Source: Octopus sinensis
Lineage: Eukaryota
Assembly: GCF_006345805.1 (NCBI RefSeq)
Contig: NC_043019.1
Span: 8,369,360-8,433,359, forward strand
Direction: 5' to 3'
DNA length: 64,000 nucleotides
Positions 54,697-64,000 of the stretch are shown here, one piece after another. Within the stretch, counting starts at the first letter, position 1, and the number at the start of each line of letters is the position of its first letter. A program made the translations under genes and the position numbers. Below the pieces are notes generated by a model, which saw nothing but the letters and a program-made list of their open reading frames with translations, had not been told where the DNA came from and did no database searches.

Positions 54697-55181
54697 GTGA
54701 CGTATTTTTGCCATTTCAATATGGCTAACCCCTAAGGGTGGATGCTACTGTAATTTTTGGCCCCAGGAGGACACACTCCTCTAGCTGGCCATAGACACAC
54801 TTTCTGTGTCTTGTCAGTATTTGCAAAGGGAAGTCATCCTTCCCGTCTTCAACTTATGATACACACGGACTCGAGTTTCGAGGTATTGACCTCTCGTCAG
54901 CGTGTGACAATCATAGTTGCCGCCGAGAATTAGATTTCCTTCACAAATACTTATACTTTTTCCGAGTCCGTGTGTATCATAAGTTGAAGACGGGAAGGAT
55001 GACGTCCTTTTGCAAATACTGACAGGACACAGAAAGTGTGTCTATGGCCAGCTGGAGGAGTGTGTCCTCCTGGGGCCAAAAATTACAGTAGCATCCACCC
55101 TTAGGGGTTAGCCATATTGAAATGGCAAAAATACGTCACGATGTGTTACCGCTACTGTATATAACTCACTTTGATATTTAT

Positions 55182-55186
<5 letters not shown>
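54697..55186. mobile_element. family E element: two divergently oriented pLTR-like copies forming 177-bp inverted arms around an intact HHR, flanked by (TA)n
   Basis: arms 54697-54873 and 54963-55139 differ at 4 positions; 89-nt spacer; right copy continues to 55186. Confidence 0.85.
54850..54919 (-). ncRNA. intact extended type I hammerhead ribozyme; predicted cleavage between 54868 and 54867
   Basis: CACACG-CUGACGA-GAGG[UCAAUA]CCUC-GAAA-CUCGA-GUC^CGUGUG; stem I extends through a UGU/U internal loop into UAUGAU/AUCAUA. Confidence 0.92.
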
Positions 55187-55220
<34 letters not shown>

Positions 55221-55438
55221 TAGATATACATGCACACAGACACATATATATATATACATATATATGTATATATATATAAAAATACACACACACGCGTGTA
55301 TATATATATATATATATATATATAGCATATTTCCATATCTCGTAACCTCTAATCGCACACGCTACAACACCGGTACAATGTATGCTTGTACGAGTGTACA
55401 TTTTCCAAATGTACGTATGCATATGCATATATAGATAT

Positions 55439-55475
<37 letters not shown>

Positions 55476-56276
55476 CTGTGCGTGTATAGATATGTATCTA
55501 TATTTCCTGATACACCTACGCGTATATATGGATATATATGTTATATATAGATATATAAATATGTATATATATGCATGCATGCATATATAAGTGATTACAT
55601 TTCTACTTGTTTCTGTGATACGTGTGTAGGTGTATGCATAGAGATAGGAACACAACGCAGTAACATTAAATAAATGGAAAAATAAATAATTAAGTAAGTA
55701 AGTAAATAAATAAATAAATTGAATGCAGTATGACAAAAGTGTGTTGCAGACAATCATTAATCTTAGATGGAACATTATTGAGTGAATGTGGACAACAAGA
55801 ACTATTATTTCTCGAACATCAAAGACTATTCTAGTTTGCCGCAATTTCAGCATGTAATTGTTGGCAATTAACAGCACTCTATCGACATTTTTGCAATACA
55901 CAGATATATTGGTAGACTTGAAAGAAAGCGTTTTAGGAAGTACTGCGGCAAAAACACGCAAAAGTATCTACACATGTAGACAAGCAAATCTCTCTCTCTC
56001 TGTGCATATAGATATGCATGTGTATGGACATGTGTAAATATACATACATACATGTAACGAAACACACACACACATGTAACGAAACACACACACACACACA
56101 CATATGTATATATATATTATATATATAATATATATATAATATATATATATATTATATATATATATATATACACATACATATAACGAAACATATATGTATA
56201 TATATATATATACATACAAATTCTAACATATGTATATGTATATACGTATTTATAGGTTTACATACACACTCATATA

Positions 56277-56328
<52 letters not shown>

Positions 56329-56749
56329 TGTACATGCGTGTGTGATATTGTGGAAGTAGTAGTACTCGAATGCCAAATGTGAGTAAGGTACTGCTTGATT
56401 GAAGCCGAAAAAATACTTTCCTAACTGTTAGTCAGAGTTTCGCATATCTGAGCGTCAGACAGTTGCGACCATACAAATAGAAACCATATTTACCACTCTA
56501 TATTACATCAGTTCTGATGAACAGTCACGTGATATTCTGAGTAAGTGTTTGTGAAAACTTTTTCAGTATCACTAGATATCATTTTGATATGTTTTTCTTC
56601 TTTGCGCTTGCATATCTAATGTAGGTGTATGTGAGTGTGTCTATGTTAGTATAAGAAAAAAGGGATTACGCACTCCCTTTGAAACTCGGATTAATACCAC
56701 ATCGTATGAAAAGCAACAGATATTGCATTTCTTTCAATTAATTGATTGA

Positions 56750-57120
56750 TTACTAGACGCCTCTGTGCTTCCCAAGTCCACTTTCTTCCTTCGTGTTTTA
56801 CAGTGTTTATTCATTTATTTTGCTCTTATGAATTCAAATTTGGATTAATACCTCATCGTTGGAAATGCAACATGTAGTTCTTCTAGTCTGCGAGGGTCCT
56901 ATGCACTTCCTAAAGCCATTGTCTCCCTTCGTGTTTAACATTACTAATTGTGGTTTGTGTGTTCAAAAGCTGTGTATTTTTGGCGTTTTTTCCTCATTTT
57001 TAACCACAAGATCCAAATAATTCTAGGTGTATTAATTTGTCCTGTAGTCCTTCAATGCCGTTTATATTAAATGATGAGCCGTTCTAACCAGTTTTGGGGA
57101 TAAGGTTCATCCAAAGCTGA
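56750..57120 (-). mobile_element. possible RTE RT C-terminal remnants
   Basis: ISNDEVL and ISNVKHEGRQWL resemble ISNEEVL and IKxRRWxWLGH. Confidence 0.3.
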
Positions 57121-57279
57121 ACTACAAATAAATCAGCTGAAGGTCTCCTTAAAATATGGGACAGAGAGTTTGATGCAGTATCTTATCTTTCGGGATGTTT
57201 TTTTTTCTTACCAAATAAACAAAGCACTGTATATTTGTTCTTCACTTGCTTATTACTTTTTTTATTTTATGTCCATTTT

Positions 57280-57950
57280 CAGAAAATCTTTCGTCACACC
57301 TCTGTGACCTCTTCAGCGACTCTCCATCCAACGTGTCTCCACCAGTGCTGTTTAGTGCATTCAGAAAATGGACTAAACAGAATTGGGGGTGACACGTGTG
57401 ATAGACATAAAATAAGAAAAATAATAAACCTGAAGCGAAGAGTATATATAGAGTGCGTGTGTTTATTTGGCAACAAAAACCTGACCATGCGCAAATATAA
57501 CAATATTTGTTTCAAAAGACAATTTCCCAACAGGAATCTGGCAAACGAATACATAAACGTAAATTTTGTGTAGTAGTTTTATTGTAAACTTTGGGTCAGG
57601 TGAACGTATACGCCTTCGTAAGTTACTGCTATTTCGTGTAATACACAATCCATTGGAACGTAAAACAGTAAAAAGTGTATGATGTAAATCTATTACTGAC
57701 TCATTTTGTTTTTCTTTTCTTAGCAGGAATTGAAGATGGCCGTGGATAATAGTTTGCCATTTTATTGATCTAGTCTCATCAACGAAGTACAGACTCCCAC
57801 TTGTATGCGAAAGTAAAGATGAAAGAAACATGAAGTATTTGTACATTTGTTGGCATAGTATGATGGAATTCTTTGGAAAATAAATACCAAGTGGAATGTC
57901 AACTTTTTGAAATTGAATAATTAATCGCTGTCCCTGAAATAACAATTAAT
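57280..57950 (-). mobile_element. Helitron Pif1-like helicase C-terminal remnant
   Basis: LRRRIRSPDPKFTIK resembles LKRRQFPxxxAFAMTINK; VIFAHGQVFVA resembles VFSHGQLYVA. Confidence 0.5.
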
Positions 57951-58236
57951 TATCTGAATATAATAAAAACTATAAATCGCCGCTGACACATATAAAAATA
58001 CGAGTCAGTTGTACTTTAAAACTACATTTTTCACAAGACAACTAAGAATGATATTCTTTCTTTGCAACATGAGCACACAGAAAAATAACTGAATTATTTT
58101 GACGGAAACAAAAATTAATATTATACTACAAAGTGAAGCAGCTGTGATCCATCCTAATTTTTATCTTCTCCAGCATTTGAAATCAAATGAAAGAGGTGGA
58201 ATGTTACATATTCCTGCTTGATTTCATTTTATTTAG

Positions 58237-58322
58237 AATCGCTAGATTTCCAACATGTGAAGAAGAGAATATTGGAAGAGCACTCTGAATTTCAAGGCAA
58301 AGAACTGCACGAGATTAACAGG
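58237..58322 (+). CDS. candidate 86-nt internal exon (xSLDFQHVKKRILEEHSEFQGKELHEINR), product unknown
   Basis: polypyrimidine-AG acceptor, AGG|GTAAGT donor, one open frame; no partner exon identified. Confidence 0.25.
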
Positions 58323-58329
58323 GTAAGTT

Positions 58330-59060
58330 GTTACCCCACAGCTACTGAGATGGCCGTGTTACAATATATGGCTCACTACTTTACTAAACTCACACGAGGT
58401 TCATTGGCGATGAGATTAACGTTCATGAGAGAAAATGTATTTTGGGACTTCTGGGGTAAACTGACAATGATATGCTCCCGGGATTAACTTGGGATTAATG
58501 GTTCTAATTCGAAACCATGTCTGCCATTCTGGTACTGTGGTAGAATGGCAGATAATGTTCACTCGAAAGTGCTTTAGGACAGACAAATAAGATAGGATGC
58601 TGCATCTACTCTGGTAGGATTCTGAAGGTACTTTTTCATGCACATTGCCAACAGTTGAGGCAGAGAATATACTGGAAGTGTCAGCATTGTTTTTAGAGCT
58701 GGAAGACGATAGTTAAGTAAAGAAACTACCCCTACCTCTATTTTTATACATTTATACATTATTATGGTGGGTGGAGGATAATACATGACAACTTTCCAGT
58801 TGTCATGTATTATCAGGGAAAGTACAAATGAAAAAGGAAAACTGATTTCTCCAAGCAGAACTTGCGCAGCACATGCAACGACAGGACAAATACCTACGTT
58901 AAAAACAAAATCATTTTCATTAGCCATTACTGTTACCATTGCTTATCCGGAAAAATTTCGCCATTGATTTCGGGAAGAATTATGAAATTGGAAAGCTGGT
59001 ATATTACGAATACATGCCAAAGATCAGTAACGATTCGTCGCTGGAAAAAGCTAATAGTAT
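58330..59060 (-). mobile_element. possible piggyBac transposase fossil
   Basis: SDESLLIFG resembles IDESLLLFKG; later GRGSFFT and RVNIICHST fall in the order expected for the DN and V(x)MLST motifs. Confidence 0.3.
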
Positions 59061-59100
59061 TTTGCGAGTGGGGCTAGTTTTCATCACTAACTGATGATTA

Positions 59101-59147
59101 ACACGCGCTGCGTACGGATAACCAACCAGAAACACGAGTCCGTGTGT
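59101..59147 (+). ncRNA. decayed HHR related to family E
   Basis: ACACGCG-CUG...GAAA-CACGA-GUC^CGUGUGU; the core CUGANGA and stem II are disrupted. Confidence 0.5.
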
Positions 59148-59247
59148 GCCACGTACTGCTAGGGATGGGAGCGATGACCTCAACTCGAAAATACTAAACG
59201 GACACAGAATGTGTGTCGTTTGCCAGCTGGAGATGTTTTCCTTCAGT

Positions 59248-59289
<42 letters not shown>

Positions 59290-59311
59290 CGTGCGCTTGT
59301 GTGTATATACT

Positions 59312-59600
59312 TACGTTGTGTGATCAATAATTTTCCGGACTGTTGCCATAGTAACGACGCTAATGCACAAAGAGCAAACCACTTTGCACATTGACCGTGA
59401 ACATAGCCGTATATGCGCACCAAGTTTAAACGTCCTAAATCACTTCCGCTGATTACGGCAGTGCTTTGGAAGGAAGATGTGTAGCGTTTGATCGTCCCAA
59501 TGACCATGACAGAGAGAGTTGAATAGAAAATACTCATCAAATTCTGCCAAAAGCTTGAACATACCTGCTCAGAGGCTTACACAAAGTTTTCAAAAAGTTT
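59312..59600 (+). mobile_element. mariner left end with transposase N-terminus
   Basis: TIR-like TACGTTGTGTGATCAATAATTTTCCGGAC; MTERVE*KILIKFCQKLEHTCSEAY at 59506. Confidence 0.75.
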
Positions 59601-60150
59601 TCATCTTTTTCGACACAGAGAACTCGTGCAATTAAAACCCAAGTCTCTCTTTGGTCAGCTGAAAGCTGTTTCGGTACAAGCTTTGCAGATCGTGTCTCAT
59701 AGCCGAATCTTCAGATAAGAACTGAACCATAACTAGTCTGCTAATCTTGTAACTCACAGCTGGGGATTCAACTATTTCCCCTCACAGTTGCACGCACATC
59801 TGCGATGACTTTCTCAGTTCTGCTGGTTGTGGGTCTCCCAGAACGTTCGTCAATATCAACATGTTTCGGCCATCTCGAAAACGTCTGAAACACTCCTACA
59901 CTTGTGTGCGGCTCATATGCTACTCTCCATACACCTCTAGAAACTTTGCATAGGTCTTTGAGCAGGTAGCGCTATGGCAACTATCTCTGTCGTGGTCAGT
60001 GCGATGAACACATGCTACACACCTTACCAAGCACTGCTGTAAACAGCGGAAGCGAGCTAGGCCGTTGAAACTTTCTTCGCATACACAGCGCAGGTCAAGG
60101 TCAATCTGCGCCAAGCGTCCTTACTCTAGGTACTTTTCGTTATATATTAA
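59585..60150 (-). mobile_element. mariner left half in inverted orientation
   Basis: TCSKTYAKFLEVYGE*HMSRTQV*ECFRRFRDG..DERSGRPTTSRT..KLVPKQLSADQK..DENFLKT. Confidence 0.85.
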
Positions 60151-60279
60151 GAAGTAACTTAGCATTTGATACAATTTGATCTCAGAATCTTTGAGCATCG
60201 AAAAATTGATTAGTATATTAGGTTTTCGTTTCAAATACAGTCGCAACTGTAGGATAAAATAAAGTCCCCGGTAAATACT

Positions 60280-62110
60280 TGGTGCAATGCATTTGACAGA
60301 AACGCTGCTCTCCTTGGGTCTGCTCACGAAACAAAAAAAAGACGTTGTGGTTGTTTATCCTGGCGTTGCTGGTGAGTGGTGTTTGATATTGTCTCAAAAG
60401 TTGCCTTTTTGTAAAAAGAAATGTGCAGTTGATTCTCATAATAACTTTTCAAAGCTGACGGATGGTTCATTATCGATTGTCAGGTAGCATCTTCCTTGGC
60501 AATCACGGAGAAATCAATTTTTCCATCTTCGAAATACACAAGTTGCGAAACGAAAATTGCAGAGATATGTGGATAAGACTTCTGATCCTAGCAGATGAAG
60601 GACGTGTGAAATTGTGACACCCTTAAACAAACTGCTTCATATATGGCAATGGTCAGGAAGAAAATATTTGCTACCAATAGGCCGGTAGTAGCACCAACAA
60701 AGCTGCAGTGACATAATATCGGTGACAGAAGCAAAATCATTGACAAAATTGAAGCATAAATGTTGACATAACAACAGTTGTGCAAGAAACCCCAAACAGC
60801 AGCAAGACAAGGCCGAACAGCAGTGATAGTACAATACCAAATGACGACCAAGAAAACCAAGAAGCGACGCGGAAAAACAGCCATAACGACACGCTCCATG
60901 ATATATATTTCTAATCTTCAGCCTCTGGAACATGCTGAGAAGAAAACGAGAAATCAAAGACTAACCAACACAGAAGACTGGGAAATTATATGAAGTGGCA
61001 GGGTGTCCACCAACCTGACACACATCTACCCACCCATATGACTGCAATCCGAAGCCATCGGCGTCAAAGGAAACCACAGAAATGACAACATCTGCAATAT
61101 CAGCAACATCATACTGGGCGAAAGATAGCATTTTATAGTCATAAACAAAATAATTGATATAGCAGTGAATAAAAACCAACCAAAAATGTCTTCCATAACA
61201 GGAGACAGTATACGATGACAGATAAATATCAGAGAAACCACCGAAGAGAGCTACAAAGATTTCGAAAAAAAATTACTCAAAACGTATGGGTTCCTTGTGG
61301 TAAAGGACCGTAAGACTAGTTCAAGGAATCAGCAACAACTAGACCAGTTCACACCTTTTAAAATAATGTAAAATTTTCACTTTGCTGGCAGAAAAGTATT
61401 TACTCAGAATGAGTAGAAAACAGATAAGGCTCAGCGCTCTTCGGTAGTAAGACCATTTGCATAGTTATCACAGATGACAAGATAAGGGATAAGAATTTAA
61501 AGAACCACTTTCACGCTAAATGGCATCTGTAAGGGAACTTGTATCTGAAGGTGAAGTGGAGGTTCTAGTCCGAAAATGCCTGCATCTCAAGACGGAGAAT
61601 ATCTTCCTGGAAACTGAATGCAAGTTTGTGCTTTTAAATTGACATTAATATCACTTATGCTTCGTCAAGGGCAGGGTGACCAGGTTTTTCAGGTGACAGG
61701 ATGCTTTATGAGGAAATAGCCCTTCAGAAGTGCAGGTGGAGCATTGGAAATATATTTAGCATGAACGTTGAAGTTCTATGGACCTCACACGAAAGAAGAA
61801 GGATGAAAATGTCTTCGAAACCTGCTTAGACGTTTGGAGCTCCCTTATAGATACATTCTTGGTGACCGGAATTTCACAATATGAAGATAAGCCTATAGGA
61901 TCAGATCATTTATTTAGATAGAAGAATTTATTAGGCTGTCGGACGTTGCTAAGATTTCCACCGTCTGATTATGATCGGCTACACAACCTACGTTGGTCTC
62001 ATGGGTAGGGAAATTACGACCGATTCAAACCTAAGTGTTGGGATTTGACTGAAACGTTTCAAAGCCTTCATTCTGCTCGGCCGCAAACTGATGATGGGAA
62101 GGTGTAAAAG
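60280..62110 (+). mobile_element. decayed Gypsy/Ty3 pol (RT to integrase)
   Basis: ordered remnants KKKCAVD, DKTS..EIVTP, SDII, WHL*GNLYLKVKWRF (HHCC region), ELPYRYILGDRNFT and RPQTDDG. Confidence 0.5.
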
Positions 62111-62702
62111 ATAAAATCATCAATAATCTTAGGCTTTCCTGCTTTGCATATTTATGCGATTTTAACCTTATTTTCCTCACAACATTTCACCAGCTGAAAA
62201 TCCCTTGCCGCTTCTTTGCAGTTTCTTCGTATAATTTATGTGATTTTATTATATTTTTTTTTGCTTTAATAATTCGGCTTTGTGCTGTCCAAAGTTCCTT
62301 GGGCCCTTGCGGCTAATAAAGGAAGCCATTATTATTTTCATAATCATTATTATTATCATTGCTATTGCCGTTTTGGGTGAAACAGTATAAATAATATATC
62401 ATATATAAAAAATAACGAAAGGAAAATAAAAAAAGCACATTTATAGTATTGCACAAAAAACAACAAAAAAAAAGTCTCAGATGAAATGTGTGACATCAGC
62501 TCCGTTACCAGACACCCGTATCAGATAAGTGAAGTGTGATAGCGTTTCATGTTATTATATGATAATTGCAGCGCCAGACAGTAATAATTTTAAATGATTG
62601 ATTTACTTGCAAGATATAGTTATGTGTCTCTCCCTCTGTGTGTGGACGTGTACATATATGTCAGTGCGTTGGTGAATGCGTATATATGATTATGGATGTG
62701 CC

Positions 62703-62734
<32 letters not shown>

Positions 62735-62883
62735 CATACGTATATACATACATATATATATAGGTATTTGTTTATTAGCAGACAGGCATATATCTATATA
62801 AAAAAAGATTGATTCATATTTCATACATATATATATATATATGTGTGTGTCTCTGTATGTCAGTAAGTAAGTATATGTATGTA

Positions 62884-62914
<31 letters not shown>

Positions 62915-63040
62915 CTTTTATGTATAATATATATATTATATACATATATTCATATATAAACATACACACGTATACGTGTACATATATATTCATATATATA
63001 TTATATACATATACACATATATAAACATACACACGTATAC

Positions 63041-63090
<50 letters not shown>

Positions 63091-64000
63091 GTATGTGTGT
63101 GTGGTGTGTGTGTGTGTTGTGTTTGGTGTGTGTGCATGTGTGATGTGTGTGTATGTAGGGGTAAGTGTGGATAAATTCGAGATTCATTTACTCCATTCAA
63201 TGGTCATAGCTCCAACAAACCACTAATTAGTTGCAAAGCCCTTTCAGTAAATAAATGCCTCGATGAGATATAATATGATATAGGTTTTCAGATTTATGTT
63301 TGTCTACTTACTGCCGGTCATACGCGAAAAATACTTACACAGTTACACCGCACTACACACACACACATATATACAAACAACTGTGTGTGCTGTGTGTTTG
63401 TGCCTTTATATGTGTGCGTGGGTGCATGTGTCTAACGCTAGACTCTCATCCGTTACTACCATGGTTGTCACTTTTGATATTCCGGTTTAAGTTTTATAAA
63501 TGAAGAGAGAGAAGTGTTTGCAATCAGTGAAACTCTGTCTCGTAGGTTAGTTGATGTAAATTTTTGCACTTCCACGACATTTGATAGGTTAGGTAGACAT
63601 CAAAGCGAGATAATAAAACCTAATCGTAAAATTTGGCTTTGGTCAAGTTCAGGGCAAGCGTTTTTAGTGGGAAACTGTATTAGATTCACTTTGCATCCGC
63701 AATGAAAGGACATTGTGGTCTCCACCTGATTTGATTCGATCAGTTTGTGTCAAAGAGCAACGTTCTATTCACCGTCTTTGTTTCATTCATTCATTGCGAT
63801 CAATCTTGGACAATCGCGACATAAATATATATGCACACACATATATATATACCAACGTACACATATACCCACACATGCATATACCATCACATGCATATAC
63901 CAACGCACATATATACATATATAACAATATATATATAGAAATATATGGATTTCTTTCTCTCTCTCTCTTTCTCCTGTATATATGTACACTGTGTATGATC

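Noticed and set aside
57262-57318. Minus-strand CUGAAGA-G-GUCAC[AGAGGU]GUGAC-GAAA hammerhead-like core
   Set aside because: No NUH triplet pairing with A15.1 and no stem I; it overlaps the putative Helitron ORF end.
290-63990. Numerous YI/CV/HT-rich ORFs in the ORF track (e.g. 4200-4838, 45299-45943, 51267-51842)
   Set aside because: They are translations of (TA)n, (CA)n and (GATA)n microsatellites; some span the N gap.

Overview
AT-rich, microsatellite-laden animal genomic DNA with one 100-N gap (45564-45663). The tRNA-derived SINE families and the repeat landscape look like an octopod (Octopus-like) genome; this is an inference from repeat content. No protein-coding gene can be called confidently. 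Most ORFs in the supplied track are translations of (TA)n/(CA)n/(GAY)n tracts, and only one weak candidate exon was found. The unique-looking stretches are mostly decayed transposons: RTE, CR1, RLE-type LINE, Gypsy, mariner, Helitron and possibly piggyBac. The main signal is a set of at least four sequence-unrelated Penelope-like (PLE) terminal-repeat families, each carrying a type I hammerhead ribozyme (HHR). Family E has an intact, extended HHR (54850-54919, minus strand) at the centre of a 177-bp, ~98% identical inverted repeat. Family D has a complete HHR with a non-canonical U.U stem II closing pair (25625-25677). Family B has an intact minimal dimer-type HHR downstream of a decayed GIY-YIG (21292-21330). 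Family A has a tRNA-like Pol III A/B-box cassette embedded just upstream of its HHR. All alignments and folds were done by eye.
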